A DNA stretch of 64,000 bases, taken from NCBI RefSeq assembly GCF_006345805.1, contig NW_021836000.1, positions 1 through 64,000 on the forward strand. Direction: 5' to 3'. A program made the translations under genes and the position numbers. This document shows positions 1-14,679 of the stretch, in pieces. Every line of letters begins with the position of its first letter. Positions within the stretch are counted from its first letter, which is position 1. A model generated the notes under the pieces. That model did not search any database. It was not told the origin of the DNA and saw only the letters and a program-made list of their open reading frames with translations. This stretch comes from Octopus sinensis (taxonomy: Eukaryota).

Positions 1-101
1 AGACATTGTTTTTAAATCTTAAAAACTCGCGATAAAATACAATTTTTTTTATTTTAATTCCTAATTGATCACAATTAGTATGTGTTTTACAATACATCAA
101 A

Positions 102-3100
102 TTATTTTTTTTTGATTGGTGGGAATTCTTCTATTAAAGGTTTTAGTTAATTATGATAACCAGTTTTTAATTTTTCATGCCAAGTATTAGCTCCAGGATA
201 TTCAAATTTAGAAATCTAGAATTTACTTTTATATAAATTACTTTTATCTGGCGTTTCGTATTATGAACTATTTAATTTAAGTGGTTACATAGATAATTAC
301 ATTTATAATTATGGGGGATTGCATTTTTAGAATTTTGACAGTCTTTACATGATATTTAATAATACCTTCAATATCAGTTTTCTCTTTTTCTTCACGACTA
401 TACGATAAATTTGCTATAAATATTATTTTTTCGTTTTTTACCTGATTTTTTTTGAATTCTATTTCCTGCAAACCTCCGAGCTCTTATTTTTGCTAATCGA
501 GCAGTTTGCGACTGAGTAAAACCCCTGTATCTATGAAATATTGAATTAAAACCATTCTTTCATTATCGAGATTTCATTGCTTGATAGGCAGCCAGAATAA
601 TACTTTACTTCTAGTGAAGGAATTTCATTGTTTAAATCTGAATTATTCACTTATAAATATTTTTTGTCAATAATAAATACTATTTTCATCGTTTTCTGGT
701 ATAAATTGTTCGGTTTTAGATGAACAAACGTTAAATTCACTCGAAAATTTTTCTGACTCCAAACTTTTATTTAACTCTTCAATTTCTTTATAATTTTTAA
801 CTTCCTGTTGAATTGTTTTATTGTTTCATAATTTTTAAATTTACATTTTTAAGGTACAATTTTCTTCATCTACTGGTATGACATTTTTAACTATTGACGA
901 GACATATTCATATGATGTTTCTTCTGTCTCCTGGGGTAATATATCCTTTTGAATCTCTTTAGTTTCTTCATTAATTGGATCTTCTTTTTCGTTTATTTCA
1001 TTAAATTCTGTTGTTTTGTTTTTGACATTATATTTTGCAAATAGCTTGTTTTTTCTCCAAGCACGCTGAAATAGTTGATTTAATTTACTACTTGTATTAT
1101 GATTGCAGCATTATTCTGTAATCTTCCTTTAATTTTTTTCCCCAAGACTCGTTAACAGAATTTTCCATGTTAAAATCATTATCACCGTACAACCATTTTA
1201 AATGGTTTAATAATTTTTCACCTATTTGATTCTGAATTTTTTTGCACTTAAATAAACTAAATTGTTAATAAACATAATAAACCGCTTTGCTTTGTTTAAG
1301 ACACACAATCTCCTTTCCGAAATGATACAATTTATTGTAGAATTCATTTATAACTGAATGTTCAGTAATTTTCTCAATATATTCTACATTTACATATAAC
1401 TCTTGGATCGAAAATGGTAGTGAATTTGATATGACAGTGTATTCTACGGATAAATATAATAAATTTAATAAACCTTCTATCGGATTATCCCGAATGTTTA
1501 AAATTTCGAGTGATACCAGATTTTTAATGTTTACTACTTCCTTGATGCTAAGATATTGAAATAAAACGGAAAACCAATTCTTTGACAAGTTCAAAAATGA
1601 AAGATGAGGTAGAAAATAGCTAGATAAATCGTTAATTGATGATATGTTGTTGCAAGAGACGTCAAGGTGAATAAGTAGGGGAGTTTTCGATAAATCAATC
1701 ATCTTGATATCAGTTTAATTTAAAAAATACTGTTTTAAGATAATTTTCTTTAATATCAATATGAATTATGTGCGTGTTTGACAAGCTTTCAATTTTTCTG
1801 ATAAAATTGAATGAAACATCGAGATAAACTAGAGAAGGAAGCATTTCCAAACCAACGCATGAAATAAGAGCGCAATGATTTGCCATAAGAAACATCACAG
1901 ATCCCATTAAATGAGGGAAATCTTATTGATTTACATATAAAAACTCAAATACCCAAACGATCAATACAATTTGAAGAGATATTTAAATATGTCAATTTAT
2001 AACATTTGTTTAGTGCAGGTAGTGCTGAAAGATTGTTGTTTGATAAATTCAGATATTCAATGTTTTCTGAATTAGAAAAATCACAATGAATCAGCCTATT
2101 ATGCTTCGGAAGTTATATAAATTAACTACCTGGAGATCAATTCTAGAAAGCAAAGGACACGATAAAGATAGATTTGGGATTGAAGTAATAGTACAATTTT
2201 TGCAAATCAATACAGTAAGATCCGAAAATCTGTTAATATCTTTAATACATCTAATTTCAGGATGATTTTTAATTTTAAATATCTGAAAAAAATATTTTAG
2301 ATATATACTTTATTATTATTTTTACCTAAAGATAAGAATTCTTCAAGGTCAATGAAACATGATTTATTTTCCAATTTATCGTCTGGAACCAATTTTTTGG
2401 TAATTTTTGGTTTCTCCGTGCGATCTTTTGGTTTTATTTCATTTTTCTTAATTCTATGATTTTTAAGAAAATCAATACTGTAGGGTAGTTCTCATTGTTG
2501 ACAATTTTTCTAAAATATCATTAACCTCACAGGTTTTATTAAATTGATTTTCAACAAATTTGTTGTTTGTTTCGAATATGAAATTCTTAATTTTTATATT
2601 TACAGAATTATGTTCATCAGCTTTTGTCGACAGAGATAGAGAATCGTTTTGTTTAATACCTTTAGTTTTAAAATTATTATAAATTCTATTACAAAGTTCT
2701 GAATAATCTGAATTGTTGATTTTTATGGAATTGGAAAGTACTTCACTGTTTGGGCTATTTTCCATTTTTTCAACACTATCTTTTACGTCTTTTTTTTCAT
2801 TAATTATTTGATTGGAGTCAGTGCATTCTAATTCTGATTTCTTTTCTTCTATAAATTTTATTTTTATATTCAAATTTTTCCCGTCATTATATTCACCAAT
2901 TTGTGAGTTAGTAAGGTATTATTTTCTAATTTCCTTTCTTTGAATTCAGAATTTTCAATCTTCTTTATTGAATTATCAGTCAAATCTAATGTAACATTAT
3001 TTTCGTATGTTTCTGGAACAATTATTTTTTCATTTTTTGTAATGCCTATTTGTTCTAAATCTTCTTGAGAGTAAGAAAAACTATTTGTAATTTCTTTCTG

Positions 3101-4297
3101 TGCAGCAGAATTTAAAATTTTATATTCAAATAAATTTTTTTTTGATTCAAGCAATCTTTTTAGTTTCCCAGTATTATTATTGGATTTCTTGTTGTCGCGT
3201 TCAATTTCGATTTTTAATAGTGCGCTTAAATATTTAACAAAATAAAGTTTACCTCTCATGTTTAACATTAAAAGTTTCAATTTTGGGCACTAATTTATCA
3301 TTAATATATTTTAGTTATTACTTAATTGGAGATTATTTGAAATGTAATTTTTTCTACGATCTAAATTTTTTTGAGATATTAATTTTTTCAAATATTTGTA
3401 AATTGTTGTAGCTGCTCCATGGCGTTTTCGGACTTCTATAAACTCCAACTCTTTAGCTTTATCTGCATTCTATAAATTCAAAAAAAATGGTGACTTTTTT
3501 TGAGATTTGAACTTTCCTTTTAATTTCATTTTTATATTCCCTTCTTACTCTATTTGTAAGTAATTAATCAAATTTAACTTGTACATTCGCCAATAGGATT
3601 GAATTTTAATTGCTGCTTCATTTCTTCTAATCTTTATACACTCAACCATTGATTTATGATCAGATAATATTTCATTGTAACGATTTGTATAATTTAACTA
3701 AACCACTGAATTTTATTGGATACCTTGAAATCTGTTCTCTCTTTTTCGATCTCCTCTATGCGCTGTAGTATTTCAAGTTTTGAATTTTCTTCAGCATTCT
3801 TTAATCATTAAATTTAAATTTTACAATTTTTTCTTTCTCATTGTGATCCATGTGTTGTTTTATTTTTGGAATTATATTTGTGCTAAACTCTCCTAAAGAA
3901 TTGTGTACATTATTTGTCATCTTTAAAATATAAATAAACTTTATTTAAATACCTTTTCAGTATTAGTCTCTTGAGAAGTTTCATATATGCTTCCTTCAAT
4001 GTATTTCAGATCTTCAGGCTCAATTTCTTTATTTAATGTCGTTTAAAATATACCAAGGTTAATTATATTTTTAATGCATTCATTTTGTTGAGAAGTCAAA
4101 ATAATCTATTTAAATTACTAAGAATTTTTTACTCCAATTGGATTTGAATTTTTCACAATGGAAACTGGTTCAGAATTTAGAAAACTTGTGCACTCAGTAA
4201 TTAAATCATAACAAGTCGTCATTTTATTATTAAGCCACTGTGACACGTTGGACGAGTTAATTTTGCTCTCAATTTCAGAAGTATCCATATCATTCAT
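102..4297 (-). CDS. LRRIQ1: Leucine-rich repeat and IQ motif-containing protein 1-like, multi-exon with many 23-33 nt introns
   Basis: LRR exons (LEMLPSLVYLDVSFNFIRKIESL; LPHLSFLNLSKNWF). Two IQ motifs: EAAIKIQSYWRMY near 3590-3620, and NAAIIIQ|RAWRK across a 26-nt intron near 1060-1110. C-terminal EW|GFTQSQTARLAKIRARRF resembles the LRRIQ1 WGF motif. ATG at 4297; spliced stop at 102-104. Confidence 0.8.
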
Positions 4298-4303
4298 GAC
4301 TGT

Positions 4304-4317
4304 ATTTCCCTGGCAAC
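4304..4317 (-). promoter_or_regulatory. RFX X-box-like motif GTTGCCAGGGAAAT just upstream of the LRRIQ1 ATG
   Basis: Near-match to the RFX X-box consensus, within 10 nt of the start codon of a cilia-associated gene, in otherwise very AT-rich DNA. Confidence 0.6.
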
Positions 4318-4726
4318 CTCTCTAAATTACTATATAAACTTTTTTAAAAAATAAAAAGAAACTTTTTATAAAAATTAATTTTTTAGCATCAAAATTTTAA
4401 TAACTAAGAATCCATGTTAATGCCATCTCGGCTTATCCGATAAATTTAGGGATGACAAAAGTAACTCTACATTGCTGTTTTCAAGAATTCTGTTATCCTG
4501 TCACTATGTGGCCAATAAAGTTTATTTTAATTTTAAAAATTTCAAATATAGAAGATTTCAAGACACTATCTAATTCAATAATTAAACAGGAATCTTTAGG
4601 TCCGAAATCGAAAAGGCAGATAGATATCGAATATTTAAATTTTGTTAAATGAACTTAAACACTTGACCGAATTCTTTTTTCGTAATAAACTAATTAATAT
4701 AAAAAAAACTTAAATTGTCGGTTAAC

Positions 4727-4860
4727 TTGCCAGGAGAGCCTGGTCCTCAACTAAGACCTGTGACCGTCGCAAGACCAGCTGTCTATTACAAAGATTTTCA
4801 TTTGCCATTCTTCGGAGGAATCGTAAGTCAATCTCTTCGTCGGTGGCGTTATCTATTAAT
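4727..4860 (+). mobile_element. Degenerate 3' tip of a CRE-like non-LTR retrotransposon
   Basis: Translates DRRKTSCLLQRFSFAILRRN, matching the C-terminus (DPRE.W L.QRI..AILRGN) of the CRE copies elsewhere in the window. Confidence 0.5.
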
Positions 4861-5036
4861 TAATATGAACTATATTTTCTGTTTCTAATTTTAAATGATA
4901 TAACTCCTAAAAAATTGTTTGAAAGATTTATCGTTAGACTTAAAAAAAATGAAATCAATAAAGTTAAACATTTATTGAATTCTTTATTTTTTAAAATATT
5001 CGATTAGTCAATAGTTAAATTGATAATCAACAATTT

Positions 5037-6457
5037 ATGAATAAATTATTTTGACAGTTTCGATATATACTCGTGATATAATAACTATTCTCAAAAATTC
5101 AGATGAGCCATTTGAATTAGTATGATTAAAGTGCACTTTATTTTGTAATTAATATTAAATTCAAATGATTTTATAGACAGTTTCTATGGAGGTGATTATA
5201 AAACAATCATTATCGAAATAATCGTTCAATGAATGGATTTGAAAGGCATAAAGAGGTTTACTAAAAATCTAATGTTCCAACTAGAAACCTGATTCATGCA
5301 AACTAGTAGATGATAATGTTTTAATTCATACAAAACTAACCGACGCCTACGATATAATTCATGTAGGAATTTTAATAAATTTTGAATTTCAACTAAACAT
5401 TCACATTTAGAAACAAAAAATTAAAATTCAGGCACTTGAAATGTTACTGAAAAAATTCCCTGCTGAAATTAAACAAATGAAGTTATTAAATTAATTCAAA
5501 TTTATAGAACTATAACTTCTGATGAAAAATATTCATTTGAAATCAATAAAATAAATTTAAACGATTCTAACCAATCGAAAATTAATAAACTTCAATATCA
5601 AAATGTAAGATTAAAACTCAAAAATCAAGAACTTGAAAAGGTAATAGAAATCTCATAAATTGGTAGGAAAATGAAATTCTGAAAAATGACCAAAGTCGGT
5701 TGTGTCGTGAAATAAGAAAATTGCGAGATAAAATCAATAATCTTCAAAAAGAAGTAAAAATGATTATATTATGATCCCGAACTTAGAATGAGTGTAAATT
5801 AAATGAAGAATATTGGATACGAAGAAAGTTATTTTCATATGACTATTAATCACGTAGTTTTAAATTTTGTGAAGATAAGAACAATACCAAAATCAATGAT
5901 TTGAACAGAATAATAAGCACACTCAAATTTGAATGTGAATTTCATCAAAAAAACGTATGTATCATACTAAGATAGTTCACAGACTCAACTAGCATACGAT
6001 GAATTACAATCATTTCAAAATCACTTAAAAACGAATTATCGACAAAAGATAAAAGATTTAAAGTTTAAATGATATAAATTACACAAAGGCTTTTACAAGA
6101 ATCACTTAAAACTGCATTCTATTGCTATTTAGGGCTGATAAAAGTAATATAGTCATTATTTACTTATAGACGCTACTAGGGAAATTAAATGATAATATTA
6201 TTGCAGTAAGAACTAATGTATCCTTCAAATTAGAATAATTTGTTAGAAAATAAAATCAACAAAGAATGGAAAGTATAAATAAAGAAGGCGAAAATCATTT
6301 TGATTCTTATGAAGATTTTGATTGGACTTGTTTTTGGGATGAAGACCATCTAAAAATACCGAATGAACTAATACAATATGTGAATACAACGAATGGAGAT
6401 GTCAGTGAATTAGAAAAGGAAATTTGTCGAGTAATGGAAAATGAATGTAAAAGCTAA
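5037..6457 (+). CDS. Coiled-coil protein of unknown function, about 10 mini-introns (5' end uncertain)
   Basis: Open frame is kept by successive GT-AG introns, mostly 26-33 nt (e.g. 5641-5666). Heptad-rich exons (KLKNQELEK|ENEILKNDQSRLCREIRKLRDKINNLQKE). AATAAA follows the stop. Confidence 0.6.
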
Positions 6458-6897
6458 TTAACTGTTTTATTTAAAATGGAATAAATTTTTCACAAAATTA
6501 TTGATTCTCAGTGGTAAATGAATTTGGTCGCCACATAAAATAAAGTCCTATTTTTAAAACGTGCTTATCTTCTAAACTTAATTAGTTGACTAAAGTAGTG
6601 ACAATTAATAATTAACATGATATCTTATAGTTTGCCTTTAAAGATGCTCTCAGGACCACTCAACACTATCTAATAAGGAACTCTTCGTCGGACGATAATT
6701 CCATTCGCTTTTAAATTTTAAACATACCTCCAAAACTACAATTGGAAAAAATGAGATATATAAAACGGATTTTCGGAATCACCTAATTAATAATAATCTC
6801 AATAGCCGTTGAGATTAGACTATTTTAGGGAAATAATATTTTTATGAGTCCACTGCAATAAAATATAAATTTCAACATTAAAAAGTAAATAATATAT

Positions 6898-8084
<1,187 letters not shown>

Positions 8085-8112
8085 TTTGTGTTCACAGAAG
8101 CAGAGGTGGAAC

Positions 8113-8118
8113 CACGTG
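8113..8118. promoter_or_regulatory. E-box CACGTG about 29 nt upstream of the DIMT1 ATG
   Basis: Canonical Myc/Max-type E-box; the same motif sits at an equivalent position before DKC1. Confidence 0.6.
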
Positions 8119-8389
8119 AGATTTATTTAATTTAAATAATTGTAACGAATACTTTTTGTTCTTTAATTATTTATTTTAAATTTATTCATATTATAAAAAG
8201 ATTATATTGTAACTTGGTGTCCAAAATGTGTTCTTTTTATCTTTAAACAGTAATTTAAATCAATACGCCATTGTAAAAGTTTGTTCTGGGAAAATTTTCC
8301 TGACTTATCGAATTATCCAAAATGCTGAAATTGAACTAACCCCATAAAAATAAATTTATTAAATTAGATATTTTTTATTTCAATAAAAG

Positions 8390-10600
8390 GTGTTTAGATA
8401 TAATATGTGAAATTATACTAATTAAAAATAAATAGCTACACATGATGAAAATTGTTATAATCGTTTTAAATCCCATTGAGATAAACCACATTTTTGTTTT
8501 ACCAAATCCTAAAATATAAGTGTTTAAAATTTCAACTATACTTACTGTTTATCGAAATTAATTTGTAAAACGAATGAATATAATAATAAATGCAGCTGAT
8601 CACAAAAAATGTGGAAAATTTTAATTCACTTATGAGTCGGTGTACTATTCTTTTTGTTGATTTGGACAAAATTTTAAAAATCTTTGACATGCAGTTTAAA
8701 TGTAAAATTTCTTCTTTTGGATAATGGTCTGGTTCCTTTACTTCATGTATAAATTCCACTAAAGGAACTACTAATATATCATTAAAATGTATTTTGCCTG
8801 AATTAGTTTGTTTTTTAGCTGTAGTAAATTCATATATTTTAGAACTTGTTTTGTTTATTAGATCTGTGACATAAAACTTGTATTTAGTCGATTCTCTAAG
8901 TTTTTTGACACATAACTCATTTGTGTTAATGCAGATATACGTTTTATTTCTATTTTTAAAATAATATTTACTACTTTAGTCCAGGATTAATTTTAGTAAC
9001 TTTATATTTATTATATATTGTGTTTGACGACCATTCCAACGTTAATGAATTAAAACTGAACTTTTTGCATTGCAATACAAGCTCCAATTTTAAAGTCTTT
9101 ACTTCCATGATTTGACTGAAATTTGCCAAAATACAATTTTCATTTCCAAGAGGTCTTATTTCAATACTATTAATAAACAAATTTAAACAAATAAAAACCA
9201 ATAGATACTTTGTGGCATTAGATTTTTAAATTTATAATCGTTTTTATCAGTTTTGATCGATTTGTTTTTGTCTATCAAAATTTCATAGTTAATTACAAGA
9301 TTTTTCAGATCATTAGGCTTTTCCCAATGAATATGAATTTCTTCAAAATTGACGAATGAAACTGAAATATTTCTAATTACTCCATAGTTCTTGCTTTTAG
9401 TAGTAAAAAATATAAATGGTGTAAATAAATCATGATTTTCATCAGTTACACTCTTAAAAATTAATTTAAATCTATACAGATATTCTGACTTTGTATTTAT
9501 TGTTAGGCAACAAGTCCGAAATTATTGTAGATCTTTCACCTTTATTCTTAATTAAGCAATTATTTTCATATTCGTTAATTTGTAAAAATTCAAATGAACG
9601 ATTAGATATAGTTTCATTAAAATATTCAATTTTAAATTTGGAGCAAGTTTCTGGATATGCAACTATCCAGTACAAAGAAATAAATTTAGCTCCGATTGAT
9701 AAAATAAATAATCCTGTTGGTGGGGATAAACTTGAATTAGAATGGTTCAATGAAAAATTCGATTCATAATACTTCGAAAATTCGCTTATATAATTGCGTA
9801 AAGGAGGAGTTCTAAATTTATGATTTTTTGAAGTTATACTATAATTTTTAAATTATAATTCAACCTACAGCCATATTCGGGTAAGAAAATATTAATTTTA
9901 AAAATATAATTTGTATCATCTTCTAGACCGCTTAAAATAATATTATCTCGGTGTTTGAAAAAATTAAAAAGATTTCGTTTAAAATCTGGAAAGTCCTACA
10001 TTTGTGTTTCGTTGGAAATAACCTTTTTTATCCATACAGAAAAAATAAATTTTGTATTTAATTTTTTAGAAATTTCTTGAGATATCTCCTATGAATTTTT
10101 AACAATCACGAAGACATTAATTTGAATATATGCATCATAGGATGAAATTCTGATTAACGCGTAAGGTCCACAAACCACAGAGCAAAAACAGCGGTTTAAT
10201 GTTGTAATTTGAATTTCGGGTGATAAGTTACTTTGATAAAATTTTGTAACAATCATTAATCTAAAAATATTCATTTATTAGGATAAAAATATTCTTAAAG
10301 AATAATACTTCAAACAAATAGTCGAGTTTGCTTCCAAATTAGCAATGTATAATTTGAACGTCGACGTGCCAACGGATATTTTGTAGATTTTGCTAATTTA
10401 AAATGAAGAAATTAACGACGTAACAAATAAATTTTAACTAAACCAACATTTTATTGCATCCTTCTGTTCGAGTCGAAGAATATTGTCGAATAACGTGAAA
10501 TGAAGAATTAGGAAAATTTTTAAAGGCACCAAAAAATTTTACAGAGCAAAAAAAATTTACAATTGCGTAATGAGAACTTACATGAATTATCTATTATAAT
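8390..10600 (-). CDS. Fibronectin type III repeat membrane/surface protein (boundaries approximate)
   Basis: FN3 signatures (SPPTGLFILSIGAKFISLYW...ISDLLPNNKYKVRISV; IHIHWEKPNDL...YKFKNLMPQSIY|SIEIRP), hydrophobic C-terminal segments, mini-introns. Confidence 0.65.
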
Positions 10601-10862
10601 CATATATTATCTTTACTTTAAATATTGTATTTTCCCAAATATTTTCATTCATAATTGAATTAAGTTCTTTATGATTTGAATCTTGTGCGGTTCTTTAAAA
10701 AAATAAATTCACAACTAAGATAAGATAAATTCACAACTACGTGAAATGATTATAATTGAAAATTTAATAAAATAACATAAAATTTGTTAGCTTAATTTAA
10801 ATTATTATTATTAATAATTGAAAAAAAATATATTAAACTTTTTTTTTGTGAATAATAATGAA

Positions 10863-11599
10863 ATGTATAAAACGTTTAAATTTGGAGAGCTGAATAAGGA
10901 AATTAGAATAATTGAAGTGCTATTTTCATAATTCATTTAAATTTCAGGTGAAAGAAAATAATTTTTATGAATTTGTTTGGCCATCTGCAGTTGTCCTTTC
11001 ATACTATTTATTGCACTGTCAACAAAAATTGAATGGTTCTCGTATTATTGAGGTTTTTAAACTTTTTAAAATAATTATTATGATATTTAGTTGGGATGTG
11101 GTGTCGGACTTGTATCATTAACTGCAGCTCTCTGCAATCCATCATTTGTAATAGCAACTGATTCAGAAATATCTTCAACCAAAATTAACATAAGAGAAAA
11201 TAATTTACAACATATTATTACTCCTTATAAACTCAGATGGGGAAATTTTCAAGATCATATTAACCCTCAATTACCACGGGAATATGATTTGATATTACTC
11301 GCTGATTGTTTCTACGCGAAGAGCGATTTTGAAAATATTTTGTGCAGCATTAATTTCTTGATGGCAGGCTCTAGGAATTGTGAGGCATGGATAATTTATC
11401 AAGTTCGGTGGTATTATTTTTTTTAATTTTTAGTGTTGATTGGTCATTAATACCTCTTCTTAGAAGATGGAAACTAGTTGCTGAAGCTGTCCCTATTTCA
11501 ACATTCTTAAAAGATCTTAGCATTTTAAATTTGTGTCAATATGGAATTGGAAATGAATCTGATCCAGTTTTGCAATTGATAAAACTAAAACTTGTTTAA
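10863..11599 (+). CDS. METTL23: Protein methyltransferase METTL23-like (family 16 methyltransferase), 3 short introns
   Basis: FVWPSAVVLS, IIE|LGCGVGLVS (SAM motif I), LRWG, DLILLADCFY (DxxY), YQVR|SVDWSL as in METTL23. Confidence 0.85.
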
Positions 11600-11727
11600 T
11601 AAATTTTTTGTATTTGTAAAAGATCACCTCTCATGAAACGGAATATTTTTAAAACTAGCTATATTTGAAAGGGTGACCGAAGCTTCACAAACCTAAGGTT
11701 TTCAAATTATTCCTCCTTTTGGAAAAG

Positions 11728-11985
11728 TTACGTCGTGTTGACTACGTGAAAAGGATTTTTCAGTTGAACTGATATAATTGATTTGATTACATTTTTGTCT
11801 AGAGGTTCGAGAGACAAAGCCGTCAACGTTGTTAAAGGGAAAAAAACAAAGATCACAAAAGTTGTCCAGAGCCACGCCATGTTATTTCTAATGGCTTTTC
11901 TATATGGACTAATAAATTTTTCATGTCTTCTTTGTAGTCTAATTTTGACATTAAAATTACCGCAAATGAGAAAGAACTTAAACAA
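11728..11985 (-). mobile_element. Degenerate APE-endonuclease relic of an RTE-like LINE
   Basis: LICGNFNVKI...RNN resembles the GDFNAKIG...RN.NG motif. Confidence 0.35.
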
Positions 11986-12099
11986 ATTACAATTTTGCTA
12001 AAATAAATACAAATTAAAACAAAAAGTACGGAATGCCATTCTGGTTTAAAATCGACCTAAATTTTGGATTATTACTGTGCCTGATCTAGCGAAACAAAA

Positions 12100-12900
12100 C
12101 AGCCCAGTGCACTATAGGATTATCGTAATTTTAAACTTCTAATGTCATACCTGACTCCAGTAAAGGCATGATGTCATGGATGTCGGGAACATTTTTTAAA
12201 GAATTGCTGCTATAAAGGCAGGTTCTGTATCATCTTTAAAAAACTTTATGCCGGTAAAAACCGGATTCGTAGTTTGACGAAGTACCAAAACTGAAATCGA
12301 TGCTTTGCACGAATTCGTTTCATTTTCAAAGGTTAATCACAGAATTCTGGCAATGATTGACCCAAAGAATGTGTCAATTTTTACTCTGTAAAATGAAGTT
12401 CAAAGGATGACCTTCAAGCCACTTTTATCCTCCCTCTTAATCTATTATTCTTAATCTATGCTATCTGGATGACGGAGTAATTAGAAGAACCCCTAAAACT
12501 ATATTGAAATCACTTTTGTTAAACTTTTAGCTCTTGAACTTGAATTACTTGAAGATTAGTTTGAAAGCGTGAAAAAATGTGCAAAAAGCATTCTGAACAT
12601 CTGTTTTGCTACGCAGTTCTCTCTCAATACAATGACCAGAAAATATCTTTTGGTATGAATGATTACCTTCTCGCTTGAGAAAAAGTGGGATTACGTACTC
12701 CATCTAACACAACCTGCCAATTGCAATGAAAATCACTAATCTACGCCAATTCGTACGAAGAATTAAATGAACGAATGACAAAGGCCAATCGGCATGCTTA
12801 AGAATGAGTATCCAGCCCCCGAGGGGTGCAAAGGAGAACTACTACCCCTGCCTTCTGGACGAAGAATCCTTGAGAATCAGAGAAAAATGTAGTTCGGAAT
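12100..12900 (+). mobile_element. Old, heavily decayed CRE-like reverse transcriptase relic
   Basis: Frameshifted remnants of VGNIF.RIAA, ID.KN, Q.D...PLL and YLDDG in the expected order. Confidence 0.55.
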
Positions 12901-13149
12901 GAGGATTATGTTAAATTAACAATAAAATGAAAATTAAGAAACAAATGATAAATGAGTCTGAAGTTCTGATCTCCATTTCTGATAAATAACTAATGCAATT
13001 CGCGAAACTTATTTAGTACACCAACTCAATAAATAAATTTAATCCCAGATTTTGATTTCAATTATAATGTTAATAAACTGTGCTTTTCATGTTAATAAAC
13101 TGTGCTGTGCATTAATAACATTTTAGTATAATATTTGTCTGATTCTTTT

Positions 13150-13470
13150 GGATATGCTGGCGTTTTAGCCGTGGCCGCCTTGGAGGGTTACTCCAGGGGA
13201 CTGTTGTGTGACGAGTCTTCTATAGATATAAATCTGGTGATTCCATTAGAGCGCCCACGTTGACCAGATTAGTGGCTCTTATATTTAAATTTCAAGGAAG
13301 GAATAAACATCGCAAGAAACAAAACGTGGCGCGCGTATAGTTTATAAGTATTCATACAAGATTAACATTATGCTGGAGTTATGGTTTGACCCTAAGAGGT
13401 CTTTTGGGTTTCTTTGTGCCGCATTCCCTCCCAAATCAGGGGGAATAGGGTTAAATAAATAAAATAAATA
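13150..13470 (+). mobile_element. Probable LINE 3' end relic
   Basis: GC-richer island ending ELWFDPKRSFGFL (LW.DP...FL terminal motif) followed by an AAAT-rich tail. Confidence 0.35.
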
Positions 13471-14679
13471 GTTGTTTATTTGGTATTCACATGGATGAAT
13501 TATTTTTCAATGAGTATGATAGGGGTTAATTGCTTATTTCCTGGCATGTGGCATGTTTGAACATTAATAAAGCTAAAAAAGAAAACTCAGAAGTGGGCAA
13601 AATCAATTGTATTTTTACTTCAATAAAAAGAGAAAAAAACATTTCTCATAGAGAGTCTTTTATTTTATATCCAGCGGTAAATAAATGTTTTCTACCAACA
13701 AAATGATTTCTGAAAAAAAGCAATCCCATATCCTTTTATCTTTTTAACGGCAGATTTTCTCATAGTCGACATGTATTCATCATTAGATGTGATTTTTTTT
13801 TAATTGAACAGAATTTTTTTCGGATATGTCTGTATGATCTGATTTGAAAAGGATTTAATTAGTTCTGAGGATAATCTCATTTGAAGTCAGGTTTCATAAG
13901 TATATTGTAAAATATATTCTGTCATTGCCCGATTATGAAATAAAAATGTGAAAATCTGTTCCTTTGTTGTTTTAAAATGGACTTGAAAGTAGCTGGTTTC
14001 ACTAATGGAAATGTATCGCAAGTGATTCAGCCTTTTCTGGGTTTAATTCCAGCTACGTTCATATCATCGAGTGATGGTTTATCAAACAAACCATTGAAAA
14101 AATTTCGTAGAAAAATATCTGATAGATCAGCTAGCTTATTTACTGTCGGAATAATTAAATTAAAGATAAGAAAGCTGAAAGGAAGGCTTTTTTAATGAAA
14201 TGAAAAATAGCTCCAGGATCGTAAATAAATTGACGGATTTAAAATCCGAGTTGGTGTTAAGGTGAGTGCGAGTAATTCCAATTTTTGTTTTTATTGTTAT
14301 TTGTTTAGCTTTTATTAAGCTTATTTGTTAAGTATAACAAATTTCTTTTTTTCTAGGAAATTAACCTTTTTTCAAATTTTCATTAATGCCAGTTTTTTAC
14401 TTTTTTGAAAAAATCCAGTAAGTTTCGTTCTTTTAAAATCTTTAGACATGTTATCAAATCTTCTTACGAACGACAATTAGTACATTTCTGATTTGTTTAA
14501 TATAATTGTATTCTATTACATGAAAATTGATAATCAAACTGAATCAAAAAAGTAAATCTCTTAGTAATTATTTTTTTAATCTTAAATATTCAATTTTTAT
14601 TGATATCAATCCTCGAATGGTAAAATGAACTTTTTATAAGAAAAGATTCAAAGAAATCAAAAAAATATTTAAAAGCTAA

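Noticed and set aside
9491-9769. Antisense ORF opposite the FN3 exon (and similar antisense ORFs over CRE, Kir and SMC2)
   Set aside because: No recognisable motifs; these are expected shadows of the coding strand.
13500-14450. Possible gene in an AT-rich stretch
   Set aside because: Only short interrupted frames with no assignable motif; probably old transposon debris, left unannotated.
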